Below are positions 19,433-28,016 of a DNA stretch of 64,000 bases, piece by piece. The notes under the pieces are model-generated. The model saw only the letters and a list, made by a program, of their open reading frames with translations. It had not been told where the DNA came from and did no database searches. The stretch is taken from IMG/VR virus record IMGVR_UViG_3300015306_000001; one strand, 5' to 3'. The translations under genes and the position numbers were made by a program. The DNA comes from an uncultured virus (IMG/VR IMGVR_UViG_3300015306_000001). Lineage: Duplodnaviria; Heunggongvirae; Uroviricota; Caudoviricetes. How positions within the stretch are numbered: position 1 is the stretch's first letter; every line of letters starts with the position of its first letter.

Positions 19433-19752
19433 ACCGTCAGAACGTAAGAGGAGTTGTCGGCAGCGGCTTTGATTTCGTATCCACCTTCGGGACGAAAATC
19501 AGGTGAAAAGCTATCGCCGTATCCGGGTAAGCGAGCGCCAGTTACATTTGAACCGCTGATTCGGATTGACAACTCGCTCTGTGACGTGTTTTGAACCAAG
19601 AAGCCTTGGCGCTCGTTGCTAGGATCAAGGAGGAGCGCCCAATCCATGTTAGCGAATTCATCGCTCATTTCAAGATTTTCGTCATTAGGGACCGAAACTT
19701 CTCCGGTCCCTGCTTTAGCTGTTTCGAATTCGATTTTATTCCAACTCGGCAT
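19426..19752 (-). CDS. Small structural protein
   Basis: 108 aa, predicted beta-rich, coupled to the repeat protein. Confidence 0.6.
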   Translation of the reverse strand: MPSWNKIEFETAKAGTGEVSVPNDENLEMSDEFANMDWALLLDPSNERQGFLVQNTSQSELSIRISGSNVTGARLPGYGDSFSPDFRPEGGYEIKAAADNSSYVLTVW

Positions 19753-19794
19753 ATTTTACCCCTTTAGACATTTGCGAGGAAAAGGGTCGGGATT

Positions 19795-21483
19795 TTAGTA
19801 TGACCAGGATTGAATGCGATGGATTTTGATGTTTTGCGCGGCCATAGCATCGCTCATTGGGAGGATGAAGTTTGCGGCCTGTGAGAAAGTCATCATGCCC
19901 ATAGCTAGATTTATACCAAGCTGGTGCGGGAAGTCATGTTCAACCGACCAATCGCTTTCGCAAACAACGACGCCATCCACATAATGAATAACTTTGCTAT
20001 CAGTCCAAAGCACTCCATACGTATGCTTAACGCCATCCGTCAAAGGATTGTCAAATGTTAGGACTGCACGATCGGGCGTGAGCATCTTTACGTCGGCCGT
20101 AGTTGTTTCCCAAGTGGCCTTTAGCGCGCGATGGCGGTTCGGAGTGCCAGAGATCGAGTCCACATTGCCCTTGCGGGTGTAGGGCATAAAATGGAGGTTG
20201 CCAGTCCATGCTCTTCCACCCTGCCCAGGGCGTCCGAAGCATTCGTAGATATCGATTTCATTCCAAGGAACTGAGGCTGTGGTTGATTGACCGTCCCCAT
20301 TAGGACCGGGACGCCAACCGTATAGCCAAATGGCCGGGAAATAGCCAAATGCCGCCGTTGGATAAGTTGCCTGATAAGTGTCGAGAGCCGCTTTGTTAAA
20401 GGTGCCGACTGGTGCGCCCCAGGTCATTGCTGGCTGCGTCATTTCGACTTGAATTGCCTGAGCAACGCGCTTGCGGCTGGTTACGCCATCAGCTAGAATA
20501 TCAGAAAGCTGCGAACCGTAATTCTTTCGCGACCAAATTTGGCTAGAGGAAAGACCCGGAAGAATCATGACCCCTGCGAAGTTTGCCCCCTCAAGAGTGA
20601 AGTTCGAGCCCTGATTGAAACCGCCAGGAATCGTAAAGGACAATCGATCCGAAGCGATTGTCCCAACCCGCATATCGCGGCCAGAGCGCGGGTCTTGCCC
20701 CTGCACTGCGCCGCTGGTACGACGAACGCCACGAACAATCATTCCCGGAACAACCCATGAAGGCAAAGCCTTCGCAAGAGGGATTGTCACATCGCCAGTT
20801 GCTACCGTCTTTGTTGGATCGATACGGCAAAAAGCAATCTTCCAGAAGTTGAGTGCCCAGTTCGCTTTGTAAGCTGTTGTTGGACCGGAGGTTGCTTCTT
20901 CAAACGTGATTGTGCCGGCACCAGCATCTTTAGCTGAAACAACCATGTAGCCATTATTGGCCCGATTAGCGACTGTTCCAACCTCAAGGTTCGCGAGATC
21001 GGAAGTCGTCAGGCCAATGTCGGCAATCGCAGTCGTGACCGTCGCGCCGGGGAGGTTTACGTTTAGGCCACCCGCAGAAGTCGATAGGAGAGCGCCGCGA
21101 ACAATAAGATTGTAAGTGCCTGCTTCTAGAACGGACTGAATCCGCAAACAATCGGCATCAAACACAATGTTGGGAGAATTAATGAATGTATCACGATAAT
21201 TCTGTGGCTCAGAATTGATCGTGGTTGGGCCAGCGCCGCCAAGATGCGAGCCATTAGCCGCAAATTCGCCTTCAAGAGGGCGAAACTTTGCTGTAAGCTC
21301 GTTTGCGTTCTTGATCGAAGTTTGGGTTGCTCCGGGCGAAACACTAGAACCAAAAAGAATATCCTCGTCAAGACGCATAGACGAGACGGCACGAGCGAAA
21401 TTAGCGCCTGTACCAGGATAGGAGAAAGGTCGATTAAGCGGTGTTACGTCAGCAGAACTAATTTGTCGCGTTTGAAGTGCCAT
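19795..21483 (-). CDS. Putative virion-associated glycoside hydrolase, GH16-like
   Basis: FPAIWL, WNEIDIYE (ExDxxE catalytic motif), HTYGVLWT..VIHYVDG and INLAMG are GH16 hallmarks. Confidence 0.75.
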   Translation of the reverse strand: MALQTRQISSADVTPLNRPFSYPGTGANFARAVSSMRLDEDILFGSSVSPGATQTSIKNANELTAKFRPLEGEFAANGSHLGGAGPTTINSEPQNYRDTFINSPNIVFDADCLRIQSVLEAGTYNLIVRGALLSTSAGGLNVNLPGATVTTAIADIGLTTSDLANLEVGTVANRANNGYMVVSAKDAGAGTITFEEATSGPTTAYKANWALNFWKIAFCRIDPTKTVATGDVTIPLAKALPSWVVPGMIVRGVRRTSGAVQGQDPRSGRDMRVGTIASDRLSFTIPGGFNQGSNFTLEGANFAGVMILPGLSSSQIWSRKNYGSQLSDILADGVTSRKRVAQAIQVEMTQPAMTWGAPVGTFNKAALDTYQATYPTAAFGYFPAIWLYGWRPGPNGDGQSTTASVPWNEIDIYECFGRPGQGGRAWTGNLHFMPYTRKGNVDSISGTPNRHRALKATWETTTADVKMLTPDRAVLTFDNPLTDGVKHTYGVLWTDSKVIHYVDGVVVCESDWSVEHDFPHQLGINLAMGMMTFSQAANFILPMSDAMAAQNIKIHRIQSWSY

Positions 21484-21485
21484 AT

Positions 21486-21653
21486 TCAAGAAGCCTTTGC
21501 ATAAAGAAGGGCACCATCAGCGCCAGTTAAGGGCAATCCATCGCTGCCCGTCAAAAAGATAAAACCGGCCGGGGGCTTCGGAAGGCTCTTCAAAACTGAG
21601 GCCACATTCGGAAGAGCGCGGCCGGGATCGAACATGAAACCAAAGCGGGGCAT
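21486..21653 (-). CDS. 55-aa hypothetical protein (not in ORF track)
   Basis: MPRFGFMFDPGRALPNV...LTGSDGLPLTGADGALLYAKAS; TAATG-coupled to the spike-base gene. Confidence 0.65.
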   Translation of the reverse strand: MPRFGFMFDPGRALPNVASVLKSLPKPPAGFIFLTGSDGLPLTGADGALLYAKAS

Positions 21654-21925
21654 TAGCCTAGCGCCACAAGGTTAGTTGCGGTTGTTCCAGTGGAAAGCAC
21701 GCGAAGCGTTTCAATAGGAAGAAACGAACCTGCCGGAAGAGAACGAAAAACAACAGTTTCGCCCGACAACTCGCAGCGCACGGCCAAGTCACCTTCGCCG
21801 CCTACGTAAATTGCGGCAGTCGTGAAAGGCAGGTTTGTGGTATTGTTGGGATTAACGGCTTTGAAGTTGTCAGCCGGCCCGCTGTTCTTGACGGAGCTAC
21901 CTAGAAAATGGTTATATGTAGACAT
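21653..21925 (-). CDS. Head spike base protein (RcGTA Rcc01079 family)
   Basis: AIYVGGEGDLAV...VVF..LPAGSFLPI..RVLSTGTTATNLVAL matches the family pattern. Confidence 0.85.
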   Translation of the reverse strand: MSTYNHFLGSSVKNSGPADNFKAVNPNNTTNLPFTTAAIYVGGEGDLAVRCELSGETVVFRSLPAGSFLPIETLRVLSTGTTATNLVALG

Positions 21926-21934
21926 TTGCGTTCC

Positions 21935-24463
21935 TTATAGATTGGTTTTCGAAACTGTTGCAGCGGCTCCGATTGTAACCGGAGGAACAGAAGCAAGATA
22001 CTTTCTCGCCAAGACATAATCAAAGCTCATCTCAGCGCCTTGTCCGCCAATAACAAACGGAAGTGAAGCGCCAACTGGTGCATCGCTATTGTTGGTAATA
22101 CGGCCGACATCGGTTCCGTTGTCAGCAATAACGGCATAATCATAGTTCGTTGGCTTCTTAACCATTTGATAAGTTTGATAAGTTCCTACCGCTGGATAAG
22201 TGGTCGTGATCGTGTCTTCGCTGCCCCACGATCCGCCGGAACGGTTTTGGTGGCGAACTTGCTTGTAGCGGTCCATAACGAAGACTGCTTGTAGATTGGC
22301 AGACGCATCGGGTGCGGGCCGTTCCGAACTGATGATAAGAAGAGGAGCGAAGACCGAAGCTCCCACTGCAAACGACTGTTCGAGCTTTGCGCGAGTTTCC
22401 ATGATGATGTTATCGCCTGGAACATAGGCGCTTTCGATCATGAAGTAATACGAAAGGCTTCCCGTACGGGTTTCGCCCATACGCATTGCCCCATTCTCGA
22501 AGTTGATTCGAGGTTGGCCTTGGAGTCGAGGAACCCACTTTGCAAGATCGAGCTTCTTGCCCTTCTTCGCATAACCGATTGTTTCAGTGTCGCCAAGAGC
22601 GTTGAAAACGACTTGGGTAGCTGCTGCCGTTGGCTCAGCGACATTGTAACCGCATGGGCGATAGTTTCGCACTCTGTTCCACGATGAAGGACCACCTAGC
22701 GGAAGGATGCGGTCTTCATCACGAATCACTAGAGAATAGCCATCGTCGGAATAGCCAATGAAGACGTGCGACACTTCACCGGAAACGAAGGCATTATAAG
22801 AGAACTCGAATTTACCAGCCATCGTGCCGGTCGTGATCTTACGAACGGCCATGCCGCCAAGACCAACATTGGCGTAAGTCGTCGCAGGATTTGGCTTGGC
22901 AATAGGATTGTTGGCATAACGGGTGAGCGTCGAGGTCGGTCCATCTGCGAAAGTTGCCACGCAGAAATATTTAGGTTCTTTGTTGCCGATTGTGTTCGCA
23001 GAGTAATAAAGCCGCAGCTTTGTCCCATCGAACATAAAGAAACCACAATCAATAAATGTGTTTTCCAACTGAGTGGAGACGCCATTATCGTTGAAGTAAA
23101 TCGATGGATCGGCCGTCAGCAGCACCTTGTTGAAAGTCCAGGGACCTTGGCGAGATGTTGCTTCGAACAATCCAAGAACCGCAGAAGCGCCGTCGTTCTC
23201 ACAAGTCGCAACCATGTAATATTTATTAGCCGCTGGCCAGTAAATGACCGAAGGCTTGATTACACGCTTATAAGCAGTTGTTGAGCTGTCAAGAACCTTA
23301 CCAACACGGGTAAACGAGCTTCCATCGCCGTTGATAGTAAAGTAACCGACGTGGCCCAAGCCGCCGGAAGCCGAGATGAAGTAGAAGGCGCCGCGCTCGT
23401 TGGTCAAAGCATCGGGTTCGATAACCATAGGATCGCCAACGATGGACTCGCCGGAAGCCGTTGTGATCACAGGGTTTGTGACCGAATAAACGTTCCAGCC
23501 GTCAAGACCGGAGAAACCGTCAAAGAACGGAAAGACTTGCTCGCCGTTCGATTTTGCAACGGCCTGATCATTGGCCGAATACATGTAAATATTTTTAGAA
23601 GCGTTGGCCGGAAGAGTGGTTTTTACCCAAATCTTTGCGGCTTTTGCGGTCTTGTCGAACCGTTCAATCCAGAACGGAAGCGCTGTTGTTTTGTCGCTGT
23701 CTGTAAAGCGAAGATCGGAACCATCTGCCTGAGCGGACGCGAAATCAAAGTTACTGTCAGAAAGAGTAACAAGGCTTTGATAATCAGGAGTGTTGTCATT
23801 TGCAGTGTTTGCAATCGTTACCTGACGCTCTTGCGTCCAAGCAGGACCAGCGGGAGCCGTCAAAGCGACGGAAGGCGACGGAAGCGCAGTTGTGGAGGCA
23901 ATAGTTGCAGGCACGATGGTAACAGCGCCTACACTAAGAGCAGGCGACGGAACGCTGTTTGTGTTCTGTGTATTTGCGGGCGCGATTGTGTTGGTGCCGG
24001 CCGAAACGCTAGGATTGGAGACAGAAGACGTGTTCTGTGTCAGTACTGGTGCAACTGTTGCCGTTCCAGACGAAACAGAAGGTTGAGCGACAGCGCTCGT
24101 TGTTGAAATAACAGGTGTTGCGATATTGCCAGAAGGAGCCGCGTTGCTTTGAACCGAAGGCGAGCCAACCAATGAACTAGCTATGATTGCGGATGGCGTG
24201 ACAGTAATTCCACCGGGCGTAACCGAAGGCGTCTTGATGCTGGAATTAGCAGCAATCGCAGACGGCGATACCGCGCTAACGCTTGCATCAACAACAATGC
24301 GAGGAGAACCAACTGAAGCTGTCGATACGATTCTAGTTGGCTTCAACGTTTGGTAAGCTGAAACGCCCGGCCAAGGGGCAGGCGACAAGCTGACGATAAG
24401 ACCAAGGGCCGTTGTGAATAGAATATAGCCGCTGGCAATCTTTGCGTTGGTTGTGCGGCTCAT
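21935..24463 (-). CDS. Large fibre protein: Ser/Thr/Pro-rich repeats, DUF2341 domain, five-bladed beta-propeller glycosidase-like domain
   Basis: DGSDLRFTDSD..LPFWIE..IWVK..IYMY..VFPFFDGF is DUF2341-like; GDPMV, KPSVIY and YANNPI blade motifs resemble GH43/GH130-type propellers. Confidence 0.7.
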   Translation of the reverse strand: MSRTTNAKIASGYILFTTALGLIVSLSPAPWPGVSAYQTLKPTRIVSTASVGSPRIVVDASVSAVSPSAIAANSSIKTPSVTPGGITVTPSAIIASSLVGSPSVQSNAAPSGNIATPVISTTSAVAQPSVSSGTATVAPVLTQNTSSVSNPSVSAGTNTIAPANTQNTNSVPSPALSVGAVTIVPATIASTTALPSPSVALTAPAGPAWTQERQVTIANTANDNTPDYQSLVTLSDSNFDFASAQADGSDLRFTDSDKTTALPFWIERFDKTAKAAKIWVKTTLPANASKNIYMYSANDQAVAKSNGEQVFPFFDGFSGLDGWNVYSVTNPVITTASGESIVGDPMVIEPDALTNERGAFYFISASGGLGHVGYFTINGDGSSFTRVGKVLDSSTTAYKRVIKPSVIYWPAANKYYMVATCENDGASAVLGLFEATSRQGPWTFNKVLLTADPSIYFNDNGVSTQLENTFIDCGFFMFDGTKLRLYYSANTIGNKEPKYFCVATFADGPTSTLTRYANNPIAKPNPATTYANVGLGGMAVRKITTGTMAGKFEFSYNAFVSGEVSHVFIGYSDDGYSLVIRDEDRILPLGGPSSWNRVRNYRPCGYNVAEPTAAATQVVFNALGDTETIGYAKKGKKLDLAKWVPRLQGQPRINFENGAMRMGETRTGSLSYYFMIESAYVPGDNIIMETRAKLEQSFAVGASVFAPLLIISSERPAPDASANLQAVFVMDRYKQVRHQNRSGGSWGSEDTITTTYPAVGTYQTYQMVKKPTNYDYAVIADNGTDVGRITNNSDAPVGASLPFVIGGQGAEMSFDYVLARKYLASVPPVTIGAAATVSKTNL

Positions 24464-24819
24464 TCTTGCGGATCCCGCGTAACAGGTTGAATAACAGGGA
24501 TCGTCATTTGCACATACAAATAAAGATCAGGATTCGTATCTGTGCGAATAAAATCCAAAACCACCGAACCGGCGCGAGCCTTTCCAGTGGTTTCGGGCAT
24601 GATTTCGATTTGAATCGTATCATCCGATACGCGGGTAATGCCGCCGTTTTCCGTGGTAAGCTCAGCAAGGATTTCAGGCGATGCAAGATCGGAACGAATC
24701 TGGGCACGGAGACCGCAGCCAGCGGGAAAGATTACACTATCCGAACCAGTTACCGTGATCTTGAGGGGCGGGTAGTAAAGCCCGCGAATAATCGCAGGAC
24801 CAGGAACCAGTTGGGACAT
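24460..24819 (-). CDS. Hypothetical structural protein
   Basis: Likely start MSQLVPGP; LRAQIR..LAELTTENGGI adaptor-like pattern. Confidence 0.6.
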   Translation of the reverse strand: MSQLVPGPAIIRGLYYPPLKITVTGSDSVIFPAGCGLRAQIRSDLASPEILAELTTENGGITRVSDDTIQIEIMPETTGKARAGSVVLDFIRTDTNPDLYLYVQMTIPVIQPVTRDPQE

Positions 24820-24833
24820 AGTGAAGCCTTCGA

Positions 24834-25247
24834 TTAGAGGCTGAAGATACCGTTGGCATCCCAAGTGATCTTCGCAGAAGAACCGTTGAGCGTCAGAGGA
24901 AGGCCGGTTGCCGTGTCGATATAAGCAACGAGACGCGAAGAAGTATCGTCTGAGCCTTCTACGTAAACAACAATAGCTTCAACGGCGGTGCCGGTTCCCG
25001 TGCCAGCGGTGATCGCTGGGAAGTCGGTATCTGCGGCGTCGAAAGTGCCGTTTGTAACCGTCTTGGAAGTCAAAGCCTGCGGCGTGCCGTAACGAGCGCC
25101 CGAAGGAACAGACGACAAGAATTCATGCGTGTCGGACTGTGTATAAGCGCCGGTATCAACAAGAACCGCCTTAACGGTTGCGGTGGAAAGATTCAGGCCA
25201 GGAGAAAGAAGGGCCTGTTTGAACTTGGGATAAAGCTTGTTTGCCAT
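24834..25247 (-). CDS. Conserved phage structural protein
   Basis: MANKLYPKFKQALL...TFDAAD...LVAYIDTATGLPLTLNG..ITWD..GIFSL; biased codons. Confidence 0.7.
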   Translation of the reverse strand: MANKLYPKFKQALLSPGLNLSTATVKAVLVDTGAYTQSDTHEFLSSVPSGARYGTPQALTSKTVTNGTFDAADTDFPAITAGTGTGTAVEAIVVYVEGSDDTSSRLVAYIDTATGLPLTLNGSSAKITWDANGIFSL

Positions 25248-25262
25248 GTAGGGAGCCTTTGG

Positions 25263-26594
25263 TTAAATTTCGATTGCGGGTTGGTCGGGGGCTTCTGGAA
25301 CGCCCATCATGCCACGAACGAAGTTGATTGCTTCGTCGTCCGGGGACAATGCAGCGCGGGCGAGATTGGCAAGAGTATCGGCAATTTCTTCAGCCGAACG
25401 CTTGGCAACATCTTCAGTTGAGAAATAAGGCTTGTATTCGTCGGGGAATCCGTTAAGCTCCCAAAGCGGGTCGATAAAGTCCTTGTCGAACTGCGCAACC
25501 ATGTCCTTAAGAGAAGCATTCACAGATAGGTAAAGATTGCCAGACTTATCTTTCGAAAGAGCCTGAGAAGAAGCCGTCTCGCCAAGGAGAAGCAATTCGC
25601 AACCAAGGATGCGAGCAAGTTCGGTGTTGATACGGGTAACGGCTGCGGCCATATCGTTGAGGCCAGTTGTGCCGCCCTGAAGAAGCGACAAATCCCATTG
25701 GCGCTGGCCAGTTACGGCGTTTCCGTTATCGCTTTGTGATGTGTAGGTCTTTGAATCCAGAACGACGCCAGTGGATTCGCCCTTGACTTGCATCGAAACG
25801 AATTTTTCGATGTTCGAGATGTAAAGACGAGCCTGCGCTTGGCGTTCTGGATCATCACCAGCCCATTCCGCAAGTTCTGAGTAAGGAGCGTGGCCAACGG
25901 GAACGCCGCGAAGATCGCGTTCATATCCACGCTGTTCTAGAACCTGATAAGCACGAAGGCGTTCAGCGGGCTCAGCACAATGGCGAAGAAGACCCAAACC
26001 GTCTGGCTGATCGGAAAGCATGTCGTCAAGAAGATAGATGGTCTTGGCGCGCGGCAAATAGGTTTCCGCTTGCGTGTTCGGGTCGCGCTGAACGAAGCCT
26101 AGAACGGTTCCGTTGTCGTCAATGTCCCATTGAACGATGGAGCCAGGGGCGCGGGCTTCAATATTCTGGTAATCGATCAAACCATCAGTGCGGCGACGTG
26201 CGGTCCATTCACTGATCGAACAACCGGAGAACTTGAAACCGGCCGCGCGGCGAATAATGCGATCCCAGGAAGAATCCATGGAATGCATGGCTTCATTGAC
26301 GAATTCGGCATAGCGCTCTGCCTCCGGGGTATCGTCAACCGGGTTTGCTTTCCATGTGCTATTCGTCAAGACGTTGGTATAAAAGCGGATCGAAGCGGCG
26401 ATAATGGAACAATTCGAGACGATATCGTTATAGGTCTTGAACTTTTCCTGCCCCTGAAGCTTTCGATTCTGTTCCGCTGTGGCAAGAAAACCACCATAGG
26501 AAACGACGTTGGAAACGCCTTGCTCACGGAAGGACTTGACGGGTTCGCGCTTGATGACGAAGCCGTACCTATCGACAATTTGCGTTGTGGCCAT
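25263..26594 (-). CDS. Portal protein (DUF935-like)
   Basis: 443 aa downstream of terL; PDGLGLLR..YERDLRGVP and SQALSKDK motifs. Confidence 0.9.
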   Translation of the reverse strand: MATTQIVDRYGFVIKREPVKSFREQGVSNVVSYGGFLATAEQNRKLQGQEKFKTYNDIVSNCSIIAASIRFYTNVLTNSTWKANPVDDTPEAERYAEFVNEAMHSMDSSWDRIIRRAAGFKFSGCSISEWTARRRTDGLIDYQNIEARAPGSIVQWDIDDNGTVLGFVQRDPNTQAETYLPRAKTIYLLDDMLSDQPDGLGLLRHCAEPAERLRAYQVLEQRGYERDLRGVPVGHAPYSELAEWAGDDPERQAQARLYISNIEKFVSMQVKGESTGVVLDSKTYTSQSDNGNAVTGQRQWDLSLLQGGTTGLNDMAAAVTRINTELARILGCELLLLGETASSQALSKDKSGNLYLSVNASLKDMVAQFDKDFIDPLWELNGFPDEYKPYFSTEDVAKRSAEEIADTLANLARAALSPDDEAINFVRGMMGVPEAPDQPAIEI

Positions 26595-26618
26595 CTGCTA
26601 GATTTTTCCGTATGGGTG

Positions 26619-26647
26619 TTGACAGAAGCCTAGAGGACGGCTATAAA
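26619..26647 (+). promoter_or_regulatory. Sigma70 promoter
   Basis: TTGACA-17-TATAAA upstream of a small ORF. Confidence 0.7.
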
Positions 26648-26677
26648 GGGTGTGTTCTCTCAACAAAGGATTAAGTT

Positions 26678-26839
26678 ATGTCTCAGAACATTGCAAAGCG
26701 CCATCCCAAGGACGGCAAGCTGCGAGACGATTACGTTGAAAGCAAGATCGCGCATCTGAAGCGCATTGGCATTGTTTCGGCTAAGAGCACTGGCCGGCAT
26801 CCAAAGACGGGCGGCGCTTGTCCTGATAGCAATAAGTAA
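26678..26839 (+). CDS. 53-aa basic hypothetical protein (not in ORF track)
   Basis: AAAGGA RBS, MSQNIAKRHPKDGKLRDDYVESKIAHLKRIG...; own promoter and terminator. Confidence 0.65.
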   Translation: MSQNIAKRHPKDGKLRDDYVESKIAHLKRIGIVSAKSTGRHPKTGGACPDSNK

Positions 26840-26840
26840 A

Positions 26841-26866
26841 AGGAGGGGCTTCGGCCCCTTCTCTGT
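26841..26866 (+). terminator. Intrinsic terminator-like hairpin
   Basis: GGGGC-TTCG-GCCCC stem followed by a pyrimidine run. Confidence 0.7.
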
Positions 26867-26887
26867 GTCTACTAATTCGAATAGAGC

Positions 26888-26916
26888 ATTATAAACTAAA
26901 TATCCGAGAAAGTCAA
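26888..26916 (-). promoter_or_regulatory. Sigma70 promoter directed toward the portal gene
   Basis: TTGACT-17-TATAAT on the minus strand. Confidence 0.6.
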
Positions 26917-26924
26917 GGGGTGAA

Positions 26925-27179
26925 ATGGCTGAATATTATCGCTCACGTATCATCAAGCAGAGAATCGTTGTCGGGGCGTTGGTTACGGGGTATATCTTTC
27001 TTGCCACACTGGCTTATGGCCATTCTTATACGCACACAGACGGAGGCCGGCCAAAGGAAGAAGCGATTGTAGCTTTCGTTTTTGCCCCTATTTATTGGCT
27101 GAGCGTTGCTGGGGTGTGGGTTTTCGAAGAGCCGGCTGAGGTTAAAGCTCGGCCAAATCCGTTTGAAGAGGTTGACTGA
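26925..27179 (+). CDS. Small membrane protein
   Basis: 84 aa with two hydrophobic segments. Confidence 0.6.
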   Translation: MAEYYRSRIIKQRIVVGALVTGYIFLATLAYGHSYTHTDGGRPKEEAIVAFVFAPIYWLSVAGVWVFEEPAEVKARPNPFEEVD

Positions 27180-27223
27180 CCCGCAATCACGATGTATGGT
27201 TTAGGGATTGAAGAGGAAAAGAA

Positions 27224-27403
27224 ATGATGATTCGAGCCGAAGAGCTATGCACGCATCACAAGGTTATTAGTGAATCTGGTGAGAAGCTAAAGATCATGGC
27301 TATAACTCGTGGCATGATCAGCAACCACATCCATCTTCGTTATTCGAATGGCGAGTTTAGCGAAGTTCCGAAGGGGCGCATGATTGAGGTAATGGAGAAA
27401 TGA
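27224..27403 (+). CDS. Hypothetical protein (not in ORF track)
   Basis: GAGGA RBS, MMIRAEELCTHHKVISESGEKLKIM...; ATGA-coupled to the next small ORF. Confidence 0.55.
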   Translation: MMIRAEELCTHHKVISESGEKLKIMAITRGMISNHIHLRYSNGEFSEVPKGRMIEVMEK

Positions 27404-27559
27404 AAGAAGGCACCGCCAATCTCATTCACATGCGCTTCAACGCAGAATACGAGCGCGTCACGCTCTCAATCGGAGCCAACGAGCTAGAGCTTCACGGCAA
27501 AGACCAGATTGAAGCGGTTCTTGAATTCTTGATGAACTCTCTTAGTAGGATGGACGACT

Positions 27560-27748
27560 TTGGCCTCTAAACCCAACTTCATTCGCCTTGCAATCGAAAA
27601 TGAAGGCGAACACGCATTTCGTATTGGTTTGAAGGTTGATGATTGCCCTTATGAGCCGTCCGATCCTCACGCAATCTATTGGGTAGAAGGTTGGTTTGCT
27701 GCGGCGGACGATGAACGCGCTCAGCGTCATATTGAAGGCAGGGTTTAA
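27560..27748 (+). CDS. Rmf/CrpP-fold small protein
   Basis: EG..AF..G....CPY.......W.EGW pattern. Confidence 0.65.
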   Translation: MASKPNFIRLAIENEGEHAFRIGLKVDDCPYEPSDPHAIYWVEGWFAAADDERAQRHIEGRV

Positions 27749-27827
27749 ACAGCCAATCAAGATATGTTTTGTCCATGTGTCCCCGGCTCGCTGTTGTGTG
27801 GGTCGGGGAATTTGGTAGGAGAGTAAA

Positions 27828-28016
27828 ATGCAGCTATTTGTTGACGTGACGCCAAACGAATTACCAACCTTTGTAACTACAATCGAGATTCCGCCTGATC
27901 TGATTCGAGAGGTAGAAGCGGCAATGGCTACATCAATTGAAGAAGCAAGTATTGATGAGCTTCGAAACTTTATCAAAAATGGTTATTCGATTGTGGCTTA
28001 TCGGTTTGTTTATTAA
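27828..28016 (+). CDS. Hypothetical protein
   Basis: AGGAGA RBS; converges on the terL stop. Confidence 0.55.
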   Translation: MQLFVDVTPNELPTFVTTIEIPPDLIREVEAAMATSIEEASIDELRNFIKNGYSIVAYRFVY

